Shown: one piece after another, positions 18,801 through 29,264 of the stretch
How positions within the stretch are numbered: position 1 is the first letter of the stretch
Layout of the letters: every line of letters begins with the position of its first letter
Assembly: GCA_944391505.1 (NCBI GenBank)
Contig: CALXTV010000007.1
Location: forward strand, 2,839-66,838
Origin: an uncultured Alphaproteobacteria bacterium
GTDB lineage: Bacteria; Pseudomonadota; Alphaproteobacteria; RF32; CAG-239
Length of the DNA: 64,000 bases
Direction: 5' to 3'
Notes under the pieces: generated by a model
Seen by the model: only the letters and a program-made list of their open reading frames with translations
What the model was told of the DNA's origin: nothing
Database searches by the model: none
Program-made: the position numbers and the translations under genes

Positions 18801-21479
18801 ATGAAAAATTTTTGGATATCCTTATGGTTGGCGGCCGGTTTGCTGTATGCCGGTTCTGCTCTTGCCGTCGAAACGCCGCCGCCCGAACCGGAAACGGTTG
18901 AAGCCGGAGATGACGGCCTCACTTTTCCCGAAACGGTAAGCAATCTGATAACAATCGGGAAATATTTCCATGAAAAATATCCGGGCAGCGCGATTGAAGA
19001 AGATTTTTCGGAAGAAGTAGCCGAAAAGTTTCCTGAATTGACGACACAGGAAGTTTTTGACCGCGAAGAAACCATACGTTTTTGGGTAAAAATGTACCGC
19101 ATCGGTCGAAAAATATATGATACGGTCAAAGAAAAAATGCTGCTTCCTGAAGAACCGCCCCTGATTGTTCTGGAAGACCAGTATGATATGCCCAAAGAGC
19201 GCGAATATATTGAATCGGACGATATGGTCGTTGTGGAAGATTTCAAAAAAGTCCTCTCTTACGGAAGCAATCCCCGTGATTTTAAGGCTTATGCCGCCAA
19301 GATTGAAAGAGACCGCGAAAAGGAGCGGGACGGCACGGATTTTGCCAAACTGAACGGCATGTTGAAAAAGCTGGAATGGAAAAAAATTCCTTTTTACGGC
19401 ATTATTTATGAAAATCCGTTTACCGGCCGGCTCGGCAGCGGCGACTGGACAGAAACGCCCGGTGCCGAAATGCGGTTGATTGCAGAATACAGTACGGTCA
19501 ATGACAAAAAAAACATTCGTGCCGGTATCCATTTCAATCTGGAAGCGGGTTGGTTCATATTGGCACAAAATTATCAGGGATATAAAAAGCCGTCATTTTC
19601 TTTTGCAAAGTCCGAAAACCTGTCGGCGGCCGAATATTATGATCCGGTGCCGCTGCGCCTGACCGCGGAAAACGGCGAAAGCGCAGCCGTCTGGCAGGGG
19701 AATTTTATGCTGCCGCTGCAGGTAACCGTAAAAGATACGGACAAGCCTCTTATCCTTAAGACGGAAGGCGATTTTACGCTTTGCAACGGACGGTTGGAGT
19801 GCCGTCCCGTGCACTTGTCCGCCGGACTGGAACTCAAGGCCGGCGAGGGTTTTTACTCTTCGGTCAACAATTTTGTCGTCCAAAGTTTCAATTTCCTCCC
19901 GCGGGAGCAAACGTCGGTGTTCCGGTTGGAAAAAGCCGTCGTTGATGAAACCGAAAAAGGAGAGATTCTGCGTCTTGAATTTGACGCCGATGACGATCTG
20001 GATAATTTTGACGTCTATGTTGAAGGGGAAGATAACATTTTGTTTGGCCGTCCGCGGGTTGCCGTCGGCGATTTCGGAATAACGGCGCGGCTCGAACCGC
20101 AGGATACGAAACAAAAACTTGCCGGCAAAATTTTTGTCATTACGGCCCGGCTGAATAACACTGAATTCCTGCGTAAGACCGTAACCGTACATGAGGCGTC
20201 CATTTTTGACTATCGTGCGGAAGCCTTGTCGTTAATGCTTTTGCTGATGGCGGTTCTGGGCGGTTTTATTCTTAATTTCATGCCTTGCGTTTTTCCTGTT
20301 TTGTCGCTGAAATTACTGTCTCTGACCCGCTTTGGCGCCGCCCGCCCGGAAAATGTGCGGCGTAGCTTCTTTTGTACGGTTCTGGGCATTTTTGCCGCAT
20401 TCGAAATCATTGCGCTGTTTTTAAGCCTTCTGAAACTGGCCGGCCGCAGCATCGGCTGGGGAATGCAGTTCCAAAACCCGGGATTCCTTATTGTGATGAT
20501 TTTTGCCGTTACGATTTTTATGGCAGTCGTTTGGGGGCTGATTGGCGTGCGAAAACCGGAATGGCTGGAAAACAAATTTTCGACCTCTGCGGCTGACGAA
20601 AAACTGCGGCATTTTATGACCGGCGTTTTAGCCGTGTTTATGGCAACACCCTGCACGGCGCCGTATTTGGGAACGGCGGTCGGCTTTGCTCTGGGCGGAA
20701 CAATCGCCGACATCTGGATAATTCTTAATGCTGTTGCGCTGGGATTGTCGCTTCCATACCTGCTTGTTTTGACCTGGCCGGCGCTGGCCGACGTTTTTCC
20801 CAAACCGGGACAGTGGATGGAACGTCTGAACGCCTTTATGGGACTTATGCTGTTTTTGACACTAATCTGGCTGCTGAGTGTTTTATGGGCGCAAGCCGGG
20901 TTCTGGCCTGTCTTCAGACTTTCCTTGTATCTTTGCGCATTCCTTTTTGTTCTTTACTACCGGCGAAAAGCGCTTGACGCCGTTGACCAGACAGATTTTG
21001 AGCCGGAAATCAAAAACCGCGTGGCCGTTTTATATAGACGCAGTATCTTGTCCGTGCTGTTATTTATCTTTGCTTTGGCCGCAGTCGATACGGTAGTGAG
21101 TTTTGGCCGGACGCAGACCGAACGAACTGCAGAGAAGTCCGTTTATATCGATTATAATGCCATTTCGGCCAAAATCCGTGAGGGGCGAACCGTTGTTGTT
21201 GCCGTCGGCGCCGACTGGTGCCTGACCTGCAAATATAATGAAGCGCTGGTTTTCAATAATGTGATTATTGAAAATCTGCTCCGCAAAAGTAATACCGACT
21301 TGATAGAGGTCGATTGGACGTCGTATAATCCGGAGGTTCTGGAGTTTATGAAAAAATTCGGCCGACAGGGATTGCCTTTTTATGTGGTCTTTTCGCCGAT
21401 GGTGCCCGACGGCATGGTCTTGCCGGAAGTGTTAAGCGAACGGAGTTTGAGCAGGATAATCCGCAGCGTTTCCGACTAA
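18801..21479 (+). CDS. dsbD: Thiol:disulfide interchange protein DsbD family (long periplasmic N-domain, 8-TM core, C-terminal thioredoxin)
   Basis: Signal peptide, PCVFPVLSLK and ATPCTAPY in the TM core, and thioredoxin active site WCLTCK near the C-terminus. Confidence 0.85.
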   Translation: MKNFWISLWLAAGLLYAGSALAVETPPPEPETVEAGDDGLTFPETVSNLITIGKYFHEKYPGSAIEEDFSEEVAEKFPELTTQEVFDREETIRFWVKMYRIGRKIYDTVKEKMLLPEEPPLIVLEDQYDMPKEREYIESDDMVVVEDFKKVLSYGSNPRDFKAYAAKIERDREKERDGTDFAKLNGMLKKLEWKKIPFYGIIYENPFTGRLGSGDWTETPGAEMRLIAEYSTVNDKKNIRAGIHFNLEAGWFILAQNYQGYKKPSFSFAKSENLSAAEYYDPVPLRLTAENGESAAVWQGNFMLPLQVTVKDTDKPLILKTEGDFTLCNGRLECRPVHLSAGLELKAGEGFYSSVNNFVVQSFNFLPREQTSVFRLEKAVVDETEKGEILRLEFDADDDLDNFDVYVEGEDNILFGRPRVAVGDFGITARLEPQDTKQKLAGKIFVITARLNNTEFLRKTVTVHEASIFDYRAEALSLMLLLMAVLGGFILNFMPCVFPVLSLKLLSLTRFGAARPENVRRSFFCTVLGIFAAFEIIALFLSLLKLAGRSIGWGMQFQNPGFLIVMIFAVTIFMAVVWGLIGVRKPEWLENKFSTSAADEKLRHFMTGVLAVFMATPCTAPYLGTAVGFALGGTIADIWIILNAVALGLSLPYLLVLTWPALADVFPKPGQWMERLNAFMGLMLFLTLIWLLSVLWAQAGFWPVFRLSLYLCAFLFVLYYRRKALDAVDQTDFEPEIKNRVAVLYRRSILSVLLFIFALAAVDTVVSFGRTQTERTAEKSVYIDYNAISAKIREGRTVVVAVGADWCLTCKYNEALVFNNVIIENLLRKSNTDLIEVDWTSYNPEVLEFMKKFGRQGLPFYVVFSPMVPDGMVLPEVLSERSLSRIIRSVSD

Positions 21480-22120
21480 CCGAAACTGAAATAACGACCG
21501 AAAAGTTCTCCGATAAAGCTTTTGGGTTTCCGATCCAGAAAGGCCGACGGCCGGACATGGAACTTTCTCATCGTGGCGGCATTGAGTTTCAGACCTTTTT
21601 CGGCAATAATGTCTTCTTTTTTCAGACCGTATATCCTGCCGCTGACTTTCGGCAGTTGGCTGAGTTTGATTTTTCCGCCGCGCCACATGACGTTTCCGTC
21701 AACCTCGACACAGCTCAAGTCCATGTCTTTCATGGGAACAATTACAATATTCTTTTTGACGACGATTTTATTTTTTTCTTGATGAAAGTGACCGCAGGCG
21801 TTGTGCTGCAGAAATTGGAGAATATTTTCCGGAGCCGGCAGGTCGCCGCTGATGCCGTGTGTCGTAATCGGGAGTTGGTTGTAGGAGAAAATCAGAGGTG
21901 CGGAGGAGGGATCATTAAGGAAGCGGAATTGTCGGGCCAGAACCCGGCTCCAGTCCAAACCGGAAATAACGTTTTTGCCGTCAGCCGTTACCCGGCCGTT
22001 GATAAGTTCCGTATGACTTTTTTCGTCATAAATTTTTTGGCCTTCCAAAAGTTGTCCGCTTGCTGTCAAATAATCAAAGAATTCACGGACGCTCGTACAT
22101 TTCTTGCTGTTCAAGTCCAT
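21476..22120 (-). CDS. Hypothetical protein with an LpxH/calcineurin-like C-terminal GHxH motif
   Basis: ACGHFHQEK...VVKKNIVIV...VDGNVMW resembles the C-terminal region of metallophosphoesterases. The N-terminal metal-binding motifs were not found. Confidence 0.4.
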   Translation of the reverse strand: MDLNSKKCTSVREFFDYLTASGQLLEGQKIYDEKSHTELINGRVTADGKNVISGLDWSRVLARQFRFLNDPSSAPLIFSYNQLPITTHGISGDLPAPENILQFLQHNACGHFHQEKNKIVVKKNIVIVPMKDMDLSCVEVDGNVMWRGGKIKLSQLPKVSGRIYGLKKEDIIAEKGLKLNAATMRKFHVRPSAFLDRKPKSFIGELFGRYFSFG

Positions 22121-22211
22121 TGACCGTCACCGTAGCAGTTCTTGATAGACAAATAATAATAAAATTATGTCTAATTGTCAAATATTTTTAAAATTTTTGC
22201 TTAAAAGATTT

Positions 22212-22670
22212 TCAGTCGGCCGGGTTTTGGGTTCCTCTTAAGGCGGCTATGGCCTCGCGTGCCAGCTTGTCAACCCGTTCGTTTTCTGCATGTCCGTTAT
22301 GACCCTTTACCCAAATCCAGCGGATTTCGTGCCTTCCCGATAAAGTGTCAAGCTCTTGCCAAAGGTCAATGTTTTTGACCGGTGATTTTTTATTGCTGGT
22401 CCGCCAGTTGTTCTTTTTCCAGTTCGGAAGCCATTGGGTAATGCCGTCCATCACATAACGGCTGTCCGTATAGAGTGTAATGTTGCACTCTTTTTTCAGC
22501 GCTTTCAGCGCCTCGATGACGGCGGTAAGCTCCATGCGGTTGTTGGTCGTTTCGACCTCGGCGCCGCTCAGTTCTTTTTCCGTGTCTTTATACCGCAGCA
22601 AAGCGCCCCAGCCGCCGGCTCCCGGATTTCCGGAACAGGCACCGTCGGTAAAAATTTCAACTCTTATCAT
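22212..22670 (-). CDS. rnhA: Ribonuclease HI
   Basis: [30 protein letters not shown] and [11 protein letters not shown]. Confidence 0.95.
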   Translation of the reverse strand: MIRVEIFTDGACSGNPGAGGWGALLRYKDTEKELSGAEVETTNNRMELTAVIEALKALKKECNITLYTDSRYVMDGITQWLPNWKKNNWRTSNKKSPVKNIDLWQELDTLSGRHEIRWIWVKGHNGHAENERVDKLAREAIAALRGTQNPAD

Positions 22671-22673
22671 TTT

Positions 22674-23738
22674 TCACTCGCTTCTGAAATATTCTGAAAA
22701 GAATTCCTGCTGCAGCAAGACGGTGTCTTCGCCTTCGCGCATGGCTTTGGCAACAAAAGAGCGCAGCTTGTTTTTGGGAATGTAAATGCGAAAATCTTTC
22801 GGTGCGGCATGGTCAGCGCCGATAACGCCGTCCATCAGAAAATCTTCTTCGCTGTAAGGCGAAAGGATAATGGTTACGTTGACAAAGCGGAAAATACCGC
22901 GCGGCGGCAGTCTCAAGTCCGGCCGTGTAATCAGATTCAACTGTCCCTCAATGCCCGGAATTGAATCCATCTGATTATAATTGGAAAAACGCACTTTGTT
23001 ATATTCGCCGCCTTTGCCGGTTGATGAACAGGACAAGTACAGTTCGCGGGCAATAACGTTGCTGTCGTTTTGTGCGCAGATAGAAAAGCCCAGCCGCAGA
23101 TATTTTGCGGGCGGATTGTTCATCGAAGAAGGGTAAACCATATCTTCCACAGCATTGTCAAGAACCTCCAGTCTTTTATCGGCGACAATCAGCTCAATGT
23201 TAGGCTGCGGACGTTTTCCGAACATTCCCGCAATAACCGAATACGGCGCCGGCACGTTATTGGAGCCGGAGCGAATATAAATATTGTTGCCCATGGTTGT
23301 CATCAGGGGCGCCAAATCCGATTTCGGAATATAAGTGGCGACAAAGCCGTCACCGTTTTTATCGACGCTGATGATATGATTGCGCACGCGGTTATGACTG
23401 GGAATTGTACAGCCGGAAATGGCATTTTCCAGCCAGCTCAAAAATCGGTGCACGTTTTTGACTTTGACTTTTGCCTTGGCAACGTCGCCGATGTCGCAGT
23501 CACGGCTGCATTCAACACCCCAGACAATAACGCCGCCTTCCGAATTTCCGAAACCGGAAATGCCTTTGGCCAGATTTTTGCGATCGTCCTTGTGCAGGGT
23601 TGTGCCGTTTTTGCCGGTTGAAACGGCCTGCTTAAAATCCAGAAACAGTTCTTCGGTTTGCAGATTGACGATAAAGTCGTCAATCGCATCTTCCCCGAAA
23701 TAAATCAGTTTTTGAAAAATATCCTCGGCGCGGGACAT
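22674..23738 (-). CDS. AlbA_2 (Schlafen-like putative DNA-binding) domain protein
   Basis: N-terminus EELFLDFKQ...SEGGVIVWGVE matches the AlbA_2 core (E.EFK ... GGvlviGV). The 200-aa C-terminal region is unrecognised. Confidence 0.5.
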   Translation of the reverse strand: MSRAEDIFQKLIYFGEDAIDDFIVNLQTEELFLDFKQAVSTGKNGTTLHKDDRKNLAKGISGFGNSEGGVIVWGVECSRDCDIGDVAKAKVKVKNVHRFLSWLENAISGCTIPSHNRVRNHIISVDKNGDGFVATYIPKSDLAPLMTTMGNNIYIRSGSNNVPAPYSVIAGMFGKRPQPNIELIVADKRLEVLDNAVEDMVYPSSMNNPPAKYLRLGFSICAQNDSNVIARELYLSCSSTGKGGEYNKVRFSNYNQMDSIPGIEGQLNLITRPDLRLPPRGIFRFVNVTIILSPYSEEDFLMDGVIGADHAAPKDFRIYIPKNKLRSFVAKAMREGEDTVLLQQEFFSEYFRSE

Positions 23739-23766
23739 TGGTTTTCTCCCAGAACTAAAAAAACGT

Positions 23767-24678
23767 TTATCCTTTTTTTACCGAGTTTACATGATGAATC
23801 TTAATTTTATCATAATGCTCTTTTAGTTCGGTCAACAGGTCTTCCACCAGTTTTTCCGGAGCCGAAGCGCCGGCGCTGATACCGATGCTGTCACCGATTT
23901 CGGCAAAGTCAAGTTCGGCGGCGTTATCTATCAGAAAAGCCTTTTCGGCGCCGCTTTTCAGCGCTGTTTCTTTTAACTGGCGCGAATTTGACGAATTGGC
24001 CGAACCGATAATGACGACGACAGGTGTCCGGGCAGCCAGAGCCTTAACGGCGCTTTGGCGGTTTGTTGTTGCAAAACAGATGTCGCTGCGGCTCATTGCC
24101 AGCAGGTTCTTAATTTTTTTCTGCAAAACGGCAATGATTTCGGCCGTATCGTCCACCGAAAGCGTTGTCTGGGTAACAAAACCGACGGGAACGTCCGGGG
24201 CAATGACAAGTTGTTCGGCCTCTTCCGGAGAATATATGACATGAACTTTTTCCGGATGCCGGAGTTGGCCGATTGTTCCGATAATTTCCGGATGATTCTT
24301 TTTGCCGATGACGATAATTTCGGCTCCGTCCTCTTCCAAACGGACAATTTGCCGGTGTACTTTTGCCACCAGCGGACAGGTCGCGTCAAGAACGGTCAGG
24401 CCTCGGCGTTCGGCTTCCGTGACAACATCTCGTCCCACCCCGTGTGCCGAAAAAACAACCGGCCTTCCGTCGGGAACATCTTTCAGTTCGTCGACGAAAA
24501 CCGCGCCTTTGCGCCGGAGATCTTCAATTACGGCTTTGTTATGCACAATCTCATGCCGCACAAAAACCGGTGCTCCGTATTGTTTCAGGGCGTCTTCAAC
24601 AATTCCGACCGCCCGCCGAACCCCAGTACAGAAACCGCGCGGTTCAGCCAGATATACGTCCAAAGTCCGTTCGTCCAT
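23767..24678 (-). CDS. ispH: 4-hydroxy-3-methylbut-2-enyl diphosphate reductase
   Basis: GFCTGVRRA with the first Cys ligand and the VRHEIVHN motif. The length is typical. Confidence 0.95.
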   Translation of the reverse strand: MDERTLDVYLAEPRGFCTGVRRAVGIVEDALKQYGAPVFVRHEIVHNKAVIEDLRRKGAVFVDELKDVPDGRPVVFSAHGVGRDVVTEAERRGLTVLDATCPLVAKVHRQIVRLEEDGAEIIVIGKKNHPEIIGTIGQLRHPEKVHVIYSPEEAEQLVIAPDVPVGFVTQTTLSVDDTAEIIAVLQKKIKNLLAMSRSDICFATTNRQSAVKALAARTPVVVIIGSANSSNSRQLKETALKSGAEKAFLIDNAAELDFAEIGDSIGISAGASAPEKLVEDLLTELKEHYDKIKIHHVNSVKKG

Positions 24679-24681
24679 GGC

Positions 24682-25962
24682 TTAAATCTTAAGCAGTTTC
24701 TGCAGTTGTTCGTAATCGGGATATTTTTTCAGGGAGCCGAGCAGAGCATAAGTTGGCTTGGTACTGAAAATTTTATTGGCCGTATCCCGAATGTCGTCCA
24801 GCGTAACGTTTTCGATTTTTTCAACGATTTCTTCGGTCGGCAGCACCCGTCCGAACAACAGCATCTGCCGTGCAATGACTTCCGAAGTGGACGACGAACT
24901 TTCCAAAGCCATCAGCATGCTGGCCTTAATCTGCGCCTTGGCGCGGTTAAGCTCTTTAATATCGACTTTGTCATAACAAACTTTTTTAATTTCCTGGGCC
25001 ACGACCGGGAGCAGTTTTTTCAGCTCGTTGGGCGTTGTTCCGGCATAAATCCCGGCCATACCGGTCTGAGTATGCGAATTGGCAAAACCGTAAACCGTAT
25101 AAACCAGTCCGAGTTTTTCGCGGATTTCCTGAAACAGGCGCGAAGACATTCCGCCGCCGAACAGCGTGGAAAAAATCATTGTGGGATAATAATAGTCGCT
25201 GTCGTATGCAAAACCTCTGAAGCCAAGCGCTACATGCACCTGTTCAATATCGCGGTCTTCGGCAAAAAAGCCGCCGACATACTTTTGCGGTTGAATTGTA
25301 AAGGAAACTTTTTGTTGCAGGCCGCTCAAACGCTGACGGCACATCTCGACGAATTTTTCATGACTGATGTTTCCGACGGCACAAACGACAATGTTCTCGG
25401 CAGCATAATTGGTTTTCATGTATTTCTGCAGAATGCCGGCGTCAAACGAGCGCACTTTTTCGATTGTACCAAGAATGCTTCTGCCCAGAGGCTGGTTGGA
25501 AAAGGCCTGTTCCTGAAAATGGTCGAAAATAATGTCGTCGGGGGAGTCGATTGTCTGCTTAATCTCCTGCACAACGACCTCGCGTTCTTTGACCAGTTCC
25601 TCTTCGGGAAAAGTCGGATTGAGAATAAGATCACTGATAACGTCCATGGCCAGTTCGGCGTCGTCTTTCAGCATTCTGGCATAAAAAGCCGTAAATTCGC
25701 GGGAAGTATAAGCGTTATTCTGCCCGCCGACATTTTCGATTTCTTCCGAAATCTGCAATGATGAGCGGTTTTTGGTACCCTTAAAAACCATATGTTCCAG
25801 AAAATGAGAAATACCGTTGATGCTTTTGTCTTCGTAGGCGGAACCCGTTTTAATCCAAATGCCGAGAGAAACCGTTTCGGTATTCGGGCGGGAGCAGGTA
25901 ACAATTCGTAGTCCGTTGTCAAGGGTAGTCTGTTGTGTCTGCATAAATAGTTCCTTAGTCAA
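24682..25962 (-). CDS. M16 family zinc peptidase (insulinase-like)
   Basis: HFLEHMVFKGT inverted zinc-binding motif HxxEH. Confidence 0.9.
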   Translation of the reverse strand: MTKELFMQTQQTTLDNGLRIVTCSRPNTETVSLGIWIKTGSAYEDKSINGISHFLEHMVFKGTKNRSSLQISEEIENVGGQNNAYTSREFTAFYARMLKDDAELAMDVISDLILNPTFPEEELVKEREVVVQEIKQTIDSPDDIIFDHFQEQAFSNQPLGRSILGTIEKVRSFDAGILQKYMKTNYAAENIVVCAVGNISHEKFVEMCRQRLSGLQQKVSFTIQPQKYVGGFFAEDRDIEQVHVALGFRGFAYDSDYYYPTMIFSTLFGGGMSSRLFQEIREKLGLVYTVYGFANSHTQTGMAGIYAGTTPNELKKLLPVVAQEIKKVCYDKVDIKELNRAKAQIKASMLMALESSSSTSEVIARQMLLFGRVLPTEEIVEKIENVTLDDIRDTANKIFSTKPTYALLGSLKKYPDYEQLQKLLKI

Positions 25963-26048
25963 TTTACTTTATATTTACCATAATTATATAGCTAGTATAT
26001 ATTGATAAATTTTTATTGCAATAGTTCAGAACAAAGGAGACACAAGTT

Positions 26049-26729
26049 ATGGAAGCACCTAAATTTGCGGTTGTTTTGTCGGGCTGCGGCGTCTTTGACG
26101 GCAGCGAAATTCACGAAGCCGTTTGCGCGTTGCTGGCAATAGACGAGGCCGGATGTTCATATCAGTGTTTTGCGCCCAATACCTGGCAGGCCAAAACCGT
26201 TGACCATTTCACGGGCGAAGCCACGGCCATAGCCGGCGATGCCGACAACCGCAACGTTCTGGCAGAATCCGCCCGCATTGCCCGCGGCAATATTTTGGAT
26301 TTGTCCGAATTCAATCCCAAAGATTTTTCCGCCGTCATTTTTCCCGGCGGATTCGGTGCGGCGCTGAATTGGAGCAATTTTGCCGTTAAAGGGCCGGCCT
26401 GCGAGGTTAACGAAGAAATTGAACGTGCTGTCAGCGAGAGTTATAAGGCAGGCATCGTCATCGGTGCCATGTGCATTGCGCCGACGGTCATTGCCCGCGT
26501 GCTCGGCAGGCATAAGATAAAGGTAACAATCGGCAACGACAAAGACATTGCCGCAGGAATAGCCAAAATGGGCGCTGTTCACCAAAATTGCGACGCGACG
26601 GAGGTTTGCGTCGATGAAGAAAACAAGATTGTAACCGTTCCCGCCTATATGCTGAGTAAGAACATTTCGCAGATTGCCGTCGGTGCGCACAATCTGGTCA
26701 GCGCCGCGCTGGAACTGGCAGAAGCGTAA
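26049..26729 (+). CDS. elbB: ElbB/DJ-1/PfpI-family isoprenoid biosynthesis (glyoxalase III-like) protein
   Basis: KFAVVLSGCGVFDGSEIHEAV N-terminus, and a conserved Cys in AMCIAP. Confidence 0.8.
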   Translation: MEAPKFAVVLSGCGVFDGSEIHEAVCALLAIDEAGCSYQCFAPNTWQAKTVDHFTGEATAIAGDADNRNVLAESARIARGNILDLSEFNPKDFSAVIFPGGFGAALNWSNFAVKGPACEVNEEIERAVSESYKAGIVIGAMCIAPTVIARVLGRHKIKVTIGNDKDIAAGIAKMGAVHQNCDATEVCVDEENKIVTVPAYMLSKNISQIAVGAHNLVSAALELAEA

Positions 26730-26811
26730 ATCGCGCATAAAATCCTTGCAATCCGTGATTTTTGTTCTATGGTGTAATCAGTTTAACAATTCAGAACAGG
26801 TAGATTAGAAG

Positions 26812-28242
26812 ATGAAAGTAAGAACCAGATTTGCGCCCAGCCCGACCGGCTATATGCACATCGGCAACCTGAGAACCGCTTTGTACGAATATCTCATTGC
26901 CAAAACCAACGGCGGCGATTTCATTCTCCGTATTGAAGACACCGATCAGAAACGTTTTGTCGAAGGCGCCGAAGAAATTATTTACAACACATTGAAAAGA
27001 GTCGGCATGAACTGGGACGAAGGCCCCGATATCGGCGGCAATTATGGTCCTTACGTTCAGTCGCAGCGCAAACCGCTTTATGCCGAATATGCTCACAAAC
27101 TGGTAGAACTCGGCGGCGCGCATTACTGCTTCTGCTCCGCCAAAGATGCCGACGAGCAGAAAGACGACGAACAAAACATCAAGTTCAAAGATCCCTGCAA
27201 ACGCTTGAGCCTTGAAGAAGCGCGTGCGCGTATTGCCGCCGGGGAACCTTATGTTGTCCGTCAGACCATTCATAAGACCGGAACTTCCATTTTTCACGAC
27301 GTTGTTTACGGCGACATCGAAATTGACTATGACGAGCTTGACGAAGGCGTTCTTCTTAAGTCAGACGGTTTCCCGACTTATAACTTTGCCAATGTTGTCG
27401 ATGACCACCTGATGGAAATAACGCATGTCGTCCGCGGCAACGAATATATATCCTCAACGCCGAAATATAATCTCATTTATGAAGATTTCGGCTGGACGCC
27501 GCCGGTTTATGTCCATGTTCCGCAGGTTATGAAAGACGCGCAGCACAAACTCAGCAAGCGTAACGGCGATGCCTCGTTTCAGGATTTGGTTGCCAAGGGT
27601 TTCCTGCCCGAAGCGGTTTTAAACTACATCTGCCTGCTTGGCTGGAACCCGGGAACCGATGAAGAAATCTTCTCACTCGAAGACCTGAAGAAAATCTTCA
27701 AAATGGAACGCATTAACAAATCGCCGGCAATTTTTGACTTGACCAAACTGACATGGATGAACGGGTGCTACATTCGTGCGCTCAGCCCGGAAGCTTTTCA
27801 TGAGATGGCAATGCCTTATTACAAACAGGCTGTCAGCCGCAACATTGACTTTAAGGTTTTGAGCGAGGTTTTGCAGCCGCGAACCGAGGTTTTGGGACAA
27901 ATCCCTGAAGAAATCGCTTTCCTGGAAAAGGTTGCCGATTATTCAACTGAGCTTTATAACAACAAAAAAATGAAGACCGATCCCGAAGTCGCCAGAAAAA
28001 CGCTGACCTTGGCCGCCGAGACCCTGAAGGCTCAGACAAACTGGGATAACGATACGTTGTTTGCCGCATTAAAAGCCCTGGCAGAAAAAGAGGGCCTGAA
28101 AAACGGTCAGATTCTGTATCCGGTGCGCATCGCTTTGTCTGGTCGGGAAACGACGCCGGGCGGAGCAACCGAATTGGCTGTCATTTTGGGAAAAGACGAA
28201 ACGCTTAAGCGTATTGCCGACGCCCTGCAAAAACTTGGTTAA
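26812..28242 (+). CDS. gltX: Glutamate--tRNA ligase
   Basis: RFAPSPTGYMHIGNLRTAL (HIGH region) and KLSKR (KMSKS-type motif). Confidence 0.95.
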   Translation: MKVRTRFAPSPTGYMHIGNLRTALYEYLIAKTNGGDFILRIEDTDQKRFVEGAEEIIYNTLKRVGMNWDEGPDIGGNYGPYVQSQRKPLYAEYAHKLVELGGAHYCFCSAKDADEQKDDEQNIKFKDPCKRLSLEEARARIAAGEPYVVRQTIHKTGTSIFHDVVYGDIEIDYDELDEGVLLKSDGFPTYNFANVVDDHLMEITHVVRGNEYISSTPKYNLIYEDFGWTPPVYVHVPQVMKDAQHKLSKRNGDASFQDLVAKGFLPEAVLNYICLLGWNPGTDEEIFSLEDLKKIFKMERINKSPAIFDLTKLTWMNGCYIRALSPEAFHEMAMPYYKQAVSRNIDFKVLSEVLQPRTEVLGQIPEEIAFLEKVADYSTELYNNKKMKTDPEVARKTLTLAAETLKAQTNWDNDTLFAALKALAEKEGLKNGQILYPVRIALSGRETTPGGATELAVILGKDETLKRIADALQKLG

Positions 28243-28254
28243 AATATTAAAGTC

Positions 28255-28281
28255 AAAACCCCGGGTTTATCCCGGGGTTTT
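28255..28281. terminator. Bidirectional rho-independent terminator
   Basis: aaaaccccgggtttatcccggggtttt lies between convergent genes. Confidence 0.8.
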
Positions 28282-28324
28282 GACAGAAAAGAAAAATCCC
28301 GGTAACACGTTTTGGCAAAGCGCC

Positions 28325-29125
28325 TTAAAACTCCAGCACCGGGCGAACGTAGTTCTTGCTATCGTAATTCTTAGAGTAGCCGTAGGTCAAACCGTAATGG
28401 ATGCCAAGGGAAGCGTACCATGCGTATTGGCTGGAGTGCTCCGTCGAAGACCAGTTACAGCACCACGGATACTCAACACCTCCTACTTTCGAAATTGCTG
28501 TTTGTATGGCAACGTTATTGTTATAGATATTATTCATGATACCGGCCGCCGGCAGGCACCATTGGCCCGCTGTTTCAGTGGTCGGCGCATATTTTCGTGT
28601 CGCCCAGGCGGCCGGATAAGTGCTGGCATTTCCCTGCGCAACAATCTTGTTCGTATTGCCACAACTATCATAGTCTTGCAAAGCTGCTGTCGCAATCGTA
28701 TAATTCGGCAGGCTTGATATATCCGTACCATAACCGCCCCAAATCATAGTCGTTGAGTTGCTGCTGGTCTTATTCCCGTCCTTGTCGATCGGCCACGGCG
28801 CCATAATCTGGCCGCCGATACCGTCGGCATTGACATAAACCACAATACCCAACACAGTCTTGCTGCTGTCATGGTTCGCTGAGGCAACACAGGTGTTATC
28901 CGTATAGAAAATGTCGCCGATATTACATTTAGGACGCGGCGTCGGACAGTAATAACCGTCTCCGGTCGGGCATTTCAAACCGCCCCGTGGACATTCTTCT
29001 TGCGAATATTTATAACCGAGCGAAGCGCATTCCGGCGTCGCTGTGCAGGTGGCCGCCAAAACCTCGGAAGCATAAAGGACAGAAGCAAAAGCGGAAAGTA
29101 AAAGAAAAGGATATCGTGTTTGCAT
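28325..29125 (-). CDS. Secreted Cys-rich hypothetical protein
   Basis: The start is taken at MQTRYPF after a GGAG RBS. It has a signal peptide, and the N-terminal segment has 9 Cys. Confidence 0.55.
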   Translation of the reverse strand: MQTRYPFLLLSAFASVLYASEVLAATCTATPECASLGYKYSQEECPRGGLKCPTGDGYYCPTPRPKCNIGDIFYTDNTCVASANHDSSKTVLGIVVYVNADGIGGQIMAPWPIDKDGNKTSSNSTTMIWGGYGTDISSLPNYTIATAALQDYDSCGNTNKIVAQGNASTYPAAWATRKYAPTTETAGQWCLPAAGIMNNIYNNNVAIQTAISKVGGVEYPWCCNWSSTEHSSQYAWYASLGIHYGLTYGYSKNYDSKNYVRPVLEF

Positions 29126-29264
29126 GGTCTTACTCCAAGTCAGAATGGTTTCGGACGGATTAACCCCGTCCGTCAGACCACAAACACCTATTATTGACAG
29201 GATACCCCAATTCCCGGAAAAAGTCAATTAATAATGAACGTCCGTTTCTTTCCGGCTAAAGTAT

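Noticed and set aside
24055-25761. 568-aa plus-strand ORF
   Set aside because: It is antisense to ispH and the M16 peptidase, both with strong motif support. It is a shadow ORF.
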